Below the pieces are notes generated by a model. It worked only from the letters and a program-made list of their open reading frames with translations, was not told where the DNA came from and did not search any database. A stretch of DNA of 60,085 nucleotides, counting the filler, from Dirinaria sp. TL-2023a (taxonomy: Eukaryota), in NCBI GenBank assembly GCA_051941275.1. It is 6 parts of 6 records of this genome, joined end to end, with 100 filler letters (N's around TTAATTAATTAA, not from the genome) between each part and the next. Parts side by side here need not be neighbours in the genome. Positions count along the whole stretch, not along the records: positions 30,129 to 40,052 come from JAVEBF010000991.1; positions 40,153 to 50,069 come from JAVEBF010000992.1; 4 more parts are not named here. One strand, written 5' to 3'. The position numbers and the translations under genes were made by a program. Shown one piece after another: positions 34,258 to 47,331 of this stretch (its first letter is position 1; every line of letters starts with the position of its first letter).

Positions 34258-35783
34258 ATGTTTGCAGCGCAAGATCAGGAGAATCTTGTCCATGGGCACC
34301 AACAAACTGCAGCTGCCAAACCACTCAACCAAGGCTCAAGGCAGCTTGCGCCAAAAACTCCCGGCAACAAGGCGCCGAAGACTCCGTTCAAGTTACCATC
34401 GAACGATGAAAATGGTCCAGGGCCATTCGGTGGTGGAAAAAGCTCCCTAAGGATCAATGGCAGGGGCAATGAAAATGGGACAACTAAGGTGAACGACGGA
34501 TGGTTAGGGGGCAAAGATGCGTTCAAGACGCCAATGGGTAATATAAAGATCCTACTTAGAACTACATAGCTAACCATGTTTCTGTCAGGCCCAAGGAATC
34601 GAGCGCCCTTAGGTTTGAAGACAACCAATGCGAAAACCACGGCCTTGCATATCGCTCCTCCACCACCGGTCGAAAATGCGGCTGATAAGGGCCAGCAGAA
34701 GACTGCTTCTGCCTCTGCCCGCAAATCAAGGCCCAGAGTATCCCATGCCGAAATGACTAAGCTCGATTCTGTGGAAGACTTAGACAAGCTGAAAGAGATG
34801 GACATTGAATATATGCCTCCACCTGCCAAGAGTAAGGCCTGCACTCAGTTGTGAGCTCCGGCCGCTAATTAGCACTAGACCTCCCTGATTACCCTGATGA
34901 TATTCATGAGACCGATCTTACTCCCTTCCCTGACGGTAAAGGCTTCATGCGTGGCTGGTGGGGTGATACTCTCAACAAGCCGGATGCAGAAGGCTTATCC
35001 TACCTTCAACGTCAAGAGCTGGAATTAAAGAGGAGACTCGAGTTGGAGGAACGAGAAGAATATGCGCGGGTAATGCGAGATATGGAGACCCCTGCCTGGC
35101 CTTGCGAGTGCGAAATTGAATGTACTGGCGACACTTGCCAAAGGAATCTTGAAGGAAAAAGGATCGCAGAAGAGAACTATCGGAAAAGGATGGCCGAGAT
35201 CCACCCTGAACGGAAAGCGAATGGTTCGGAAGCTGCGTCAGTCAAACCAGGGGCCAGTAAAGCCCTGCCCAAGAAGACAGTGGTGTCGAAAGGCCCATCG
35301 AGCCTAGCTTCTAGATCGGCAGCCAATGCACTTTCTCAAAAGGCTTCCAGTACAAACTCAAAACCTACATTGAAGCAATCGAAGCCAAACACGAAACCTC
35401 GCCTTCCTTTTTCAAACATTGCATCTCGCAAAAAGACACCCCCACCAACTAATCCGTCCCCAATGCGCCACACTGCATCCACTCTAGCGTCAAAAAGCAC
35501 AATAGGTCGCTCAGCAGGCCGCGCTGCTTCAGCTACTTACCGCAGAATCGCTGCTCCACCCAAAGGCGCCAAACCCCTAATTGAGGTTCCTGACACCAGT
35601 CTGCCGCCAGATGTCTACATTGCTCGCTATGGAGAGCCGAGAACAGGGAGTAGGATGTGGATGCGGTGCTACGAGGCTGGGTGCTTCAAAGATGATCGAA
35701 GTGAAGGCCCGGCGTCCGATCTTCCTTCGCTGGACGAAATACTACGTGAAGGCGCGGATGAAGATTTTGTACTCGAGCTTTGA
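34258..35783 (+). CDS. Candidate securin (Cut2/Pds1-like), ~475 aa
   Basis: Introns 34538-34588 and 34832-34878 join three ORFs. D-box-like RAPLGLKTTN, several (S/T)P sites and DIEYMPPP are present. The gene is solid; the function is tentative. Confidence 0.6.
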
Positions 35784-37246
35784 AACCTAGCGAGTCCCAA
35801 CTACCGGTTGCTCATGAGTACGCTTCTACATGGTTCTCATGCTTATTGGGGGATTGCGCCTCGGTAAGTATTCTTAGGGGATTCGCTAACCTGCGAGCTG
35901 GAATAGTCGGGTTTCTCAAAGAGTAATGGTCTTCAAGCAGCAGCGCGCTTCAGCTAACTCTGGTCATTGCCACCGCTTTAAATAGGCCAGGCATACACTG
36001 CGGAACGAGTTTCTATACATAAGTACTTAGCATTACTACGAACAACATGGGCCTCATGCGCCTCTGTTGCTTGAGGTTGCATCAACTTTCGGGTTATCCG
36101 TTCAAAAGCGTCCGGTCATCTAGCTTGCCTTAGCCCTAATATCCATTCCCCTTATCAAGCACGTGCTGATGAAATGCAAGGGCGAAAGAGAGAGAAAAAA
36201 AAAAGAGAAGAAAGAAAAAAGAAATACGGAGCAAAGGCGGGCAAGAGCATAGACTCGATTCCGATGGAGATACTATCTCACATGCTCCTTCTGAAACAGT
36301 AGGATAACCACGGCTTATCTGCCCCCCTAGCCCTTCAGTCCCACATCGCAGGTACATATCAGCGGCAAAAGCAACAATGGGCGCTTGCATCGCCTTACGA
36401 GTATCTAGCCTATGCCTCGTAGCTAAGCAAAAGGATAACAAACACAGCAACAAAGAAATGTCAAAGCCGTTGCTGTAGTATATGCGTGGAGACCAGGTCA
36501 ACGCATTCGGGTAAGTCTAAGAACTTATCGAGCACGTTGCCATGTCGGTCAAACGTTTTCCACAGAAGACCTGCAGCTTCCTTACCTATTGAGCACATTG
36601 GATCCGTTTCTGTATTTCCTCTCAGGTCCTGTAGTTTTGCTTTCCCAGTCTGCCGTACCGCTTTGACTCATTCGAAGCGAGCTTTCTTGGGGATGTCTAG
36701 TTCGATAAATATCTCGACGTAGTAGTGAGTGTTCTCATGGTAGCCTCATCGCTTTCTTTCCATGATAGCTGACTTGATTGGTTAGCAAACTCGGCAACTA
36801 AGCGAGAACTAAACGGATGTAGAAATTCCCCCTCTATGCCTGGTAAAAACCACATAAGACGGCCAAGTAATGTAAGTTTAGGACGAGTATTGGCTGTCAC
36901 TAGGTCATCAGAATCGAGGAATGGTGATTCAGTCCTCCAAGATGCGTGTTGGCAGTAATGGAGTGAGCGTTGCTGAAAAGGCTTCGTTGAGCTGGTTTTG
37001 CTATCTGATTTCTGGCAGATGGGATTTACCAGGGTTTGAGAACCCTTGCAGACCGTGCATACGGAGTTATGCTGATATCCGTTTCATTTGTCGATGCATG
37101 CTTCACAACACCGCTTTCAACAAACACCACCAGGCTCATTCTGTCTTGCTACTCTTTGCCTCCCTCACTCGAAACCGCAAGCCCCAGATCTCCTAATTCT
37201 ACAATACTGCTCTGGACTGTATCAGTGAAATAACAACCTACTAACC

Positions 37247-39641
37247 ATGGAGATTGACGATGTTTCCAATGTGCAAAGCTGGATGGAATTGCTGAACAGG
37301 CAAAAGGCCGTTCTGCAAGCTGCCAGCAAGCGCAAAAGCGAAGATCCCAGCAACAGAAAACCTCTGAGACAACTCGTTCATGAGTTCATGTCCTCATATA
37401 CGAGCACGAAAGAAATGATGGCGTCACGGAATCAGCATTTGATTCATCAATCTTTTGTGCCGCCTCCTTACCAACCGTCAATAGCGCCCTTGGTAGAGCT
37501 GGAAAAGGTTCCCTTGAAGGACTTGAGACTGGAAACCCATCATCGTGGCTCCTATGTTCTACTTCGTACGGCAACTCCGGGGCTCATGATGACTGCTGTC
37601 ATGGTCGTGATGGAAGATGAGAATGGCAGTGGGGTGGTCTTTCAACTCTATCAGCAGCGAGATGACGAATATCGGACAGCTGAGCAGGTTTTGCCCCAAA
37701 AGACTGTTTGGATCGTCAAAGAACCCTATTTCAAGGTAATGAATGACGGAGGGTATGGCATCAGGGTTGATCATATCAGCGATCTTGTCCAACTCTCTGA
37801 TGGTGATGAGCGGATTCCTGAAATATGGCGACCTAGGATCTCCGAGCTCGAACAGGGTGCGATAGCTCTGAAAGATGACGGCAACAACGCGTTGAAGGCC
37901 GGAAAGATGTATGAGGCTGTGAGTCGGTAAGCCTTCGTGCAGCTTTTAATTTCAAGCTCCAATTAATATCTACAGCTATACTAAGGGCCTAAATCAAGCA
38001 CAAGAAGCAGAGCAGCGCCGCCTGATCCAGCTAAATCGGTCCTTGGCTAATCTGAGACTTGGAGCTTATGATCAAGCGCTTGAGGATGCAGGGTATTCTC
38101 GAAATGCTTCCGACAATTCCGAGAAAGGTTTCTATCGTGCAGCTCGGTCGCTTTACGAGCTTGGAAGATTTGACGAAAGTAATGACACCTATAGCTCGCT
38201 TCTCGCTCGCTTCCCTCACTCTGCTGAAGCACCGAAGGAGCTCACCAGAACTAAAAGTCGGTTGAGGGAGGCAAAGCACGGAGATTACAACTTCGAGGCT
38301 ATGTACGAAGCTGCCGAAAAAACGCCTCCCAATATCGATTGTGCAACATACCTAGGACCCATTGCAGTGAAAGCTTCCGAAGGTCGGGACCGAGGTTTCT
38401 TCACCACAAAGGACGTAGTAGCTGGAGAACTTTTACTTTGCGAGAAGGCCTTCGCCTACTGCTGGGCTGAAACTGGAGGCAGTACAGCCGGTTCAAAGTC
38501 TAGCCTCCTAATCAACACATCGACCAACCGCATGACCATGGGTACCCAGGCCAGCTTAATTACTGACGTTGTCCAGAAGATTCGTCGAGTCCCTTCTGTC
38601 ATGCCGGATGTTACCTCCTTGTTTTGTGGCGGTTACCAAGCAGTCCAGGAAGCACAAGTGGACGGTCTGCCGGTGATTGATACGTAAGCCCTGTCTTCCC
38701 CGGCGCCAAATCATTCTGTCAATCACTAATAAGAGAGGTATAGATTTCTCATCGAACGCATCATCTGTCTAAATTGCTTCGGCTGCCCCCGAACATCATC
38801 CAAGTCCCATTCTGAAAAGGCTGGGAAGAGTAAGGACGAAACAAAAGGCAACGCCTTCCACACATCGGGTCTTTTTATTAATGCCTCCTACATCAACCAC
38901 AGTTGCTACAGCAATGTCCGGCGAAGCTTCATCGGAGACATGATGATTGTGCGTGCTACCCGCAACATTCCCGCCGATACAGAGATCACATTCTGGTATA
39001 GTGCACCAGAACCCAAATCATCTTATACACGGACGCAGGAGAAGCTCAGCAATTGGGGTTTCCAATGCGCATGCAGTATATGCAAGGACAAAAAAGCCAC
39101 CAGAAAGCAAACCGTGACCAAACGGAACGGCTTATTGCGAGACCTCAAGGATGCCATTGGCGCACGCGGTGGCCTTGATTTGGCAAAAGCTGAGCGGCTT
39201 CTGGCCGCTCTTGAAAAGACGTACTCCGTACCTGCCTCGGAGGTGCCACGCCTTGCGCTCTGGGACCCTTATCTCCTCCTTACACGCGCTTGCTCCGCGA
39301 ACCAAGAGCCGGAGAAAGTCATCCAGACAGCCTGGAAGGTCCTGGCGTCCTTGGGATTCATCATCGTGAGGAAGAACCCGTCGTCATCACGTTCTCCATT
39401 TCACGTGGAGCAATGGGGTCTCATGGAGGATTACGTGGTGGAAGCTTGGGTCCATCTCTGGGTCGCGTACGCGCAGCTCGCGCCCGAGCTGTGTGAAAAA
39501 GCCCAGTCCTGCGCCCGGATCGCGTACAAGATCTGTGTGGGCGAAGACTGGACTTTCGACCGCGTCTATGGCGGCATGGCTCAGAAGGCGATTGCGAAGG
39601 AGAAAGATCCGGTGGAGTCGCTTCAGGAGTTGTCGATCTGA
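37247..39641 (+). CDS. TPR- and SET-domain protein
   Basis: Introns 37927-37975 and 38684-38743. TPRs: LKDDGNNALKAG, NRSLANLRLG, KGFYRAARSLYELG. Split SET: GRDRGFFTTKDVVAGELLLCEK..ASYINHSC..IVRATRNIPADTEITFWY. Post-SET: WGFQCACSIC. Confidence 0.9.
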
Positions 39642-40020
39642 ATCCCAAGGCTGGAGAGGGAAGTATCCTTTGGTTATCTTAGGCAGATATTATTAGCTAG
39701 CCTGAACGCCGAACGCTGGGAAGGCCAAAAACGCGAGCTGACGGAGCGACCGAAAGGGCAGTATGACTCGAGTTCATGACACTCAATCTCTGATATAAAA
39801 CCTGCATAATAATACAGTCTAATGAAATCCATCTACCTCGAATGATCTCCTCAAAACTTCACTTATCTGCACCCAGATCGCCACCTCTGAAGCCGCCTCC
39901 CTATCTTAAATCCTACAACTCCATCTACCTTGAAATCCTCCTCTTAATCCTCTCTACACTTATACTGTTTGTTCCTTGCACTCTATCCTGCAGCGCCTAA
40001 AACCCTCAATCTCAATCCCT

Positions 40021-40052
40021 TCACACACATACACACATACACACATACACAC
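40021..40052 (+). repeat. (CACACATA)n microsatellite at contig end
   Basis: Directly visible. Confidence 0.9.
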
Positions 40053-40152
40053 NNNNNNNNNNNNNNNNNNNNNNNNNNNNNNNNNNNNNNNNNNNNTTAA
40101 TTAATTAANNNNNNNNNNNNNNNNNNNNNNNNNNNNNNNNNNNNNNNNNNNN
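40053..40152. other. Artificial contig spacer
   Basis: 44 N + TTAATTAATTAA + 44 N. Confidence 0.98.
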
Positions 40153-40718
40153 GTACCTATGGACTATGGAACAAATTAGGCTGTTGGGTGTGGACTCTGG
40201 ACTGTGGACTGTGGAGGGAGGGGAGCGTTTCCGTGGTTCCCCCTTCGGCTAAAAGTGGCCCTTGTGAGAGTGGAATTTGATAGGCGCTGCAAAAAGAAGC
40301 ACCACCGCACCAGCATCAGCACGCGACGATCCGGGCTGGCATGCATAACAGCCAGAAACCCTGCGGGCGCTTTCTTAGTTTGAAAAGTGGCTTTGGCTAG
40401 TGGGCACAGCTGGAGGGAAAACACCTAGATTTTGACGGTTTGGCCTTTCCTGCGCATCCTCCTTTACGCCCCCATCCTCGTTTCCCTTTGGCCCTCCCCG
40501 ACCTCGCTGTCTGCCCTTTCAACTGTCCCAGGCTCCATCCCACACCCCCCAACAATCTCCACCATCAGCGTTCCGCCAGATTGATGACCCTCATCAGAAA
40601 TCTCTGATCGGAATTGTCGTCGCTGACTAGCCTTCCCTGGATGGGAGGTTGGACTGCATCCTGTCAGCTTACCGAGTGAAGTAAAAACCTAGTCCTTCGA
40701 AAGTCCATCGCCGACCGC

Positions 40719-43612
40719 ATGGCGAATCACCACCAGCAGCAACCAGCATCGCCTGGTGGCATGCACCTCCACCATGGACCACAGGGAGGGCATCAGCCAA
40801 ATGGGCACATGCCAATCCAGGCACATCATAAAATCACTCCCGCACATCTGGCCTCCCTCAATGAGTCGGTATGGCTCATGATAGGTACAGGCACCTTCGA
40901 TATGCCATCATCCGAACCGTATTAGCTAACAATGTTTCGTTCAGGCAGCACAACGGAGCTCATGGGCGACTTGGAAGGCGCTTTGCATGCTTACGAGCAA
41001 GCCCTGCGACATAATTATCAATCCATATCGGCCATGAATGCAATATCATGTATCCTGCGAACGAAGGAGAACTTCCCAAGGGCTGTCGAATACCTGCAGG
41101 GCATCCTGAAGCTAGACAACAACAATGGGGAGGTCTGGGGCAGTCTTGGTAAGAGAATTCGCCGAGAAGTTTACCAGAATCTCCTTGACAAAACGTAATA
41201 GGGCATTGCTACTTGATGATGGAAGATCTTCAACAAGCCTATCATGCGTATCAGCAAGCGCTGTACCATCTGCGAGATCCAAAAGTAAGTATTCGCTTGC
41301 CTTGGTTTGATATGTCGCTTATTTCTGCTTCCAGGAACCCAAATTATGGTACGGTATTGGAATACTCTACGATCGCTACGGCTCCCTCGAGCACGCTGAA
41401 GAGGCTTTTTCCCAAGTCATGCGGATGCAACCAGATTTTGAGAAAGCCAATGAAATATACTTTCGGCTAGGCATTATCTACAAACAGCAACAGAAGTACA
41501 AGCAAAGTCTCGATGTACAGGCAAACCAATTCCACCTGAAAAGATCTCCTTGCTGACAAATCGGTAGTGTTTCAAGTGGATTGTCTCTAATCCTCCGCGG
41601 CCGCTTACTGAAGAGGACATCTGGTTCCAGATAGGCCATGTCTATGAACAGCAGAAAGATGTATGTACAGTCTTTGCTCCGCGAAAACACTGTTGACCAG
41701 CAACCTAGTATGAAGCGGCGAAGAACGCATATCGCCGAGTGCTTGAACGGGACCCGAACCACGCCAAGGTTTTACAACAATTGGGTTGGCTGCATCATCA
41801 AGAAAGCCCAGCGTTTGGTAGCCAAGAACGAGCTATAGAATACTTGGAGAAATCCGTTGGATCAGGTAGCACCTTCAGGTTTGCAAATTGCTCCAATACG
41901 CAACTAATTTGTACCCACAGATCAATCGGATGCCCAAAGCTGGTATCTTCTTGGGAGATGCTACATGTCTCAGCAGAAGTATTCAAAAGCGTACGAAGCC
42001 TATCAACAAGCAGTCTACCGAGATGGACGTAACCCTACATTCTGGTGCTCAATCGGCGTACTGTATTACCAGATCAACCAGTATCGTGATGCACTGGATG
42101 CATATTCCCGAGCGATTCGTCTAAATCCCTACATCTCCGAAGTCTGGTACGATCTTGGGACTTTGGTGAGTTTGCTTCCAAGTTGGCATATGCATGGTTT
42201 GCGAGCTAATCCCGCGTCAGTATGAGTCCTGCAACAATCAAACCAACGATGCTTTGGACGCATACCAACGTGCTGCCGACCTCGACCCACAAAATCATCA
42301 CATCAAAGATCGTTTGCAGTTACTTCGGAACAGTGGCCAGTCCACCGGCATGCCTAATCAACACAGTGCCCCGGTACCCCAAGACGTGCACCCTCAACAG
42401 TATCAAGCCGCAGGTGTCGGAGCTCCACCGGGCCCGCAATGGGGCGCACCGGCTCCTGGGCCAGCTCCTCGATCTGTAGCGCAGGGATTGGGCGGTGGTC
42501 CGCCAGGTCCGGCGCATGACTGGGGTCGCGGTCTGGCTGAGATTCAGCACCCGCAACCGCAACCGCAGCCTCCTAACCCCTACGATCAGCGTGACAGCTT
42601 CCGGCCGCCACCACCCCGCCAAATGAGCCCACGCACTGAGCAACTAAGGTACCAAGAGCAACACCGTCATACTCCTGTCCGGCGCCCTTCCCCGCCCTCG
42701 GGTGTGAACCAGATGCCTCCCGGTCCTTACGGATCTCACCAAGCCTTGTCGCAACCGCCGCCCCTCCCACCTCAGCAGCCACCACAGAATCGCGCTACAA
42801 ACGCAAGCTCCAGCTATGGTCCCGGTCCCGGTCCGATGTCCCTTCCTTCGAGTGCCGGCCACAACGCGCCAGGACCAATGCCTCCGTACGGCCGAGGGAA
42901 TAGCCCCCCTCCAGAGATACGCCCAATCACCGAAGCAAGGCCGCCCTCACCAGGACCAAACTACTCACATCAGCCATACCAGCATCATCCCAACCCTTCT
43001 CAACCTGGGGGCATTGCTGCAGGCGCGCCCCCGCCAGCGGCAGCACTGGCTGCGGCTGAGGAAGCCGCTGCGCGTGATCGGGACGAGAGACCTGGAACGG
43101 GGTTCAAGAGGATGATCGAGTCTGACGAGGACCACAAGATGGTTCATAAGTATCCGGCGAACGGCGAGACCAGAAGACAGCTGGACGACCAGCATCATCG
43201 GAGACCTTCTCCTCCAGGCCGGCAGCCCTCCCCGCGTGGCCGTCCACCTTCACCTCTCCGTCAGCAGCCATCGCCGCCCCGGATGATGCACCGGCACAGC
43301 TCTTCGGACATACGCCGCGACGAGCAGCGACGAGCCGATGAGAACTATTATCCTTCAGAAGCTGCCCATCACCCACCCACACTGCCGTCGATGCACCAGC
43401 AAGCGCCTTCAAGCGAGCATCTTCAATCGATTCCCGAATCCAGCCGAGAAGAACGCAAAGAAACATACGAAGCAGCTTCTCGGAAGATGGAAGTTGACGA
43501 GGATTACGATGACGAGGGAGAGGACAATAAGCGAGGGGGGGCTTCTGGAGGACGCAACAGCCCTGCGCGAGGCATGATGAACGGGCAGCCGAAGCAAGAG
43601 TCTTCTACTTGA
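40719..43612 (+). CDS. SSN6: General transcriptional corepressor Ssn6/Cyc8 (TPR), multi-exon
   Basis: NESVWLMIG; GEVWGSLGHCYLMMEDLQQAYHAYQQALYHL; PKLWYGIGILYDRYGS; AYEAYQQAVYRDGRNPTFWCSIGVLYYQINQYRDALDAYSRAIRLNPYISEVWYDLGTL|YESCNNQ; Pro/Gln-rich tail. Confidence 0.96.
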
Positions 43613-44898
43613 AGAAGGCATGGGAAGAAATGGTCTAGAAACAGGTGGGAGAGTACACAGGTTCTGGGCGTGTATATGGGTTGCGTGCGTTATGGTCAAG
43701 ATTTTCTTTCCTGTTTATTTCATTGTATCTGGCTTGAAACGACGACCTTCCCTACCATGTTGCATCCCAGCGTTCAAGGTGTTGAACTTGGGCTGGAATC
43801 TACTTTATGCAACCCCGTACACCACCTTAGCTTACTACTTTCGCCCGGGGCTTGATGATATTATTGGTGAAGCATTGAAGAATGTTAATAATGCCGCCTC
43901 CCTCCTCCCTAGTCCGTAAATGGTGATTTTTATAGTATGCAGCAGGTGGACTTACACTTTCTACCCGTAAGCGCGAAATTAATCAAGTAAAGCGCAAGGC
44001 GAGCAAGGATGCTGGGGAGGCTCGAGGGACCCTACGCACCACGCACTACGCAGTACCTTATCTGCGCTCACCCGAAACAGAGTGTCTCGGCCAAGGGAAG
44101 ACGACTACCTATCCTCCTATCGAATCCGTGCTGCCTTTGTTGGGTAAGACATGCGACGTGGCTCACTGCTCGCTGCTCGCTGCCCAGTGAGCAGTGCTCG
44201 GCTTGGATTGACCCTACTTATCACCACCCACCAGGTAAGGTAGGTAGGATGGTAATAATATTAATGAGGTATCCTCCAAAGGCCCCTTGGGGGCCAGCGG
44301 GTAGCTGCGTCGACTTGAAATGTTAATAATGTGATCATCATTATTACGCTATAGTTAATGATTGTTGCTGCCATTCCTGATTTGGCAAATTCGAATCACT
44401 GACGTTCTTCCTTTCTAAATAATAGACTCTCCTCCGTCCCTACACGGTATACGAGTACATGTTCTGTACGGTGCTGGGTACTGTACATACAGGATGTACA
44501 GGCACCCACACACACCGCATCCATGCCGGCCATGTGGCTTTAATCCTTCCCTTGCTCCCTCTCATTATTAATATTCTCCCTCCGCCGACTCTCCTTCAAC
44601 CGCCCGGCGTCCTCTTCCGATGGATACCTTATGCGAATCCCGTCTTGGCAGCCAAGGCCCATCCCAAGTCCCAAGACTCTTGGCTGCGTCTCCCAAGACG
44701 TGTAGGATAGCCGTTGTTGCCGGCCATTCATCGCTGGGAGGATGAAGTTAAGATGTTTGCCCAGAACGGGCCAAGCAAGGCCTAAGGAGAGGAGAAGCTC
44801 CATGAATCTCTACAAAGGCCCTCATCTTTCCTTTCTTCTTTCCGTTCTTGCCCATCCTGCCATCACCCCGGTGCCGCTATCTGCATCCGCTCTCTGCC

Positions 44899-45884
44899 AT
44901 GGGTGAAGACCTCTTGCGAAGCGAGCCAGGGTCAGACACATCGTATAGACAACCTCGAGATTCAGATGCCGATAGCCCGGCGTCGCCAACCCCGGCGCTT
45001 TACCCCAGCAAAAGGCGTCACCATGAACAGCCGTCGAGGACGCTCCGGATCCCGTCCTCGGAAACATTGTGGTCTGAATCGCCTCGGGCCGTCCATCAAT
45101 CTCTCCGGGTGCATGATCACTACCCCGAGTGTCTCCGACACGATCGAAAAGATCGGCCAAGAGAGTCTGTGAGACGGCCGCCTGGACTTGCCGCGAGCCA
45201 TCAAGAAGGATTTCGACATCATTCAAGAACGCACCCACAAGAGAAAGCAAGAGATCTGGAGAAGGTGGAGGGACAAGACTGGCATGAAGTAACGCATGCC
45301 TATCGCGGTTCATTCTCTGCAAATCACACCACGATACACTATCCTAGCGAAGACTGCGAGGATAGCAGCGAGCCGGAAGACCACAGCGTGTGGATTTTGG
45401 TAACGAGCCCTTTCGTCTTTGCGCCCCCCCAAAAAGGCTTTCTGACTTGGTGACCAACTAGATTTACCTCTCCTCCCTCTCTCCGTTCCTATCCTTGCTC
45501 TTCGCTCTTTACGCCAGTCTCACAACGACCACCATTCTCCTACTCCTCCCATTCTCCTTCTTCTGCACGGAACGCAAACCTCTTCGCAACCAGCTGCACT
45601 TTTTCCTAACGCCTCCGATTGGCTTTCAGCTCGGCCTTGTCTACTCCGACATCCGGGTTCCCGCCACCGTGGGTGACGATGCCTCGATATTGATATTGGT
45701 CAATTTGTGCTCCCCTTTCTACGCGATCTGGGTATCGGCGTCTGCATGGGTGGCTGCATTTTTTTGGGCTTTTACCGCCATCATGGGAGATCCGGATGGG
45801 AAAGACGGCAAGGACGATGGGCGAGAAGCTGTGATGGGTGTAAGGCATTGGTGGGAGCGATGGCTGGGGCGCGCTTTACGATAG
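44899..45884 (+). CDS. Hypothetical integral membrane protein
   Basis: Intron 45400-45461 joins a hydrophilic exon to a multi-TM exon ending WVAAFFWAFTAIMGDPDGKDGKDDGREAVMGVRHWWERWL. Confidence 0.75.
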
Positions 45885-47331
45885 TGATTGACAGTGCATG
45901 ATAGCATTTAGTTCTAAGCAGCGATATTTCTCGTCTCTGTCTGCCTCTACTGTGCGCGCTGTACTGTGCGCTCTGACTACTGACAACACAATCTCCAATG
46001 CGTCGACTATCTGAGGGGTGGCATCTTTGCACATTTGCAATGATCAATGTCTCGACTGAAGCAAGAGTTGCAGACTCGATCACTGGCAAATCGGAGTGCA
46101 CCTTTACATGTTCCCCTGATTTTGACAGGGTCCCAATTCGTCCGTGAGATCTGAGTGATGTGATGGACCATTCCATGACGTGACAGGAAGACCCGGGAGG
46201 TCAAATCCTAGATTCCACCTACCTATAAAGTAGGTATCGAGGATTCAACATGCCTGACCAGCTTTGGTCTATTGAGATGGAGACCCTGTGGAATGGACGA
46301 CTTGTGTGCTGTTGAAGTTGTAGGGGTCACGATAAATGTGAAGCATATCTGACCACTGTTTGCACACTAGAGGTAGCAGGATTAATCCATGTTGCGAGGC
46401 TGATTTACCTACTTACCTTAGGTAATGTGTTTAAGGTGCATGTACTATACTACTGACTGATGCCAAGATGCCTTGATTACATACAGTACCTTGATGTTGT
46501 GCATGTAAAATGTACTTTGGGAGTGAATGGAGGTAAGCGGGGGTTTATTGTGGCGAAATGAATCTAGCCTGGCCTCTCCCACCCCTCTCCCCCGATTCCT
46601 ACTTAGCGCCGGGGCAGATACTGTACTGTACCTCTTAAGGTAAGGTAAGCAAAAGTAGGGACCAGTGACGAGCCTGCCCTGCCCTGCCCTGCCCTGCACA
46701 CCGAGACTCTAGGGCTGGCCTGTTTCTGTGGCAGCATATCCTTATGCAGGCGTTATTCACATTGGCTGTCTAAACGAGGAGTCCTATCTTACTACTACTG
46801 TGACTCCCGTTACTCCAGTACCTGTTACGAGTACTGCTGACGACTCCTTTGCCATCCCTCACCATCCAGCCCATCCATCCTCCCACCGAACCCATTATTG
46901 TACTTACAGTACTTTTACCTCACATACACTCCACTTCCTTTTCTCCCATGCTCTCCAACCTTTTCCCCCATCTTCCATCACCTGGATCTCCTCCTACATT
47001 CTCTTCTCTGTAGTATCCGGCTTCGAGCGTTTCAGCTTCCTTGTCACCATTGTTTTACCTTGCACTCATACACACTACACAGCACCGCCTTGTGATTACT
47101 AGCACGACGAAGCTTGCATCCCTCGGCGACACCGGCCACACCCAAAATAGAAACATCCCATGCATCATATTCTTACAGAACATCCAGTCCTCTGGTTGAA
47201 TTAGATTTGAAGAACTCATACATCACCATTCACGGCGCCCTAGCATCGAACCGTGGTCTCGGCCTTATCCCACCGAGCCTACTGCTACAGCGTGGTCAAG
47301 GACTGCCGCTGCTCCCTTCCTTCATCACATA

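Noticed and set aside
36400..36900. Minus-strand fragment ..LLWKTFDRHGNVLDKFL.. vaguely like a fungal hypothetical family
   Set aside because: Too short and interrupted to support a call
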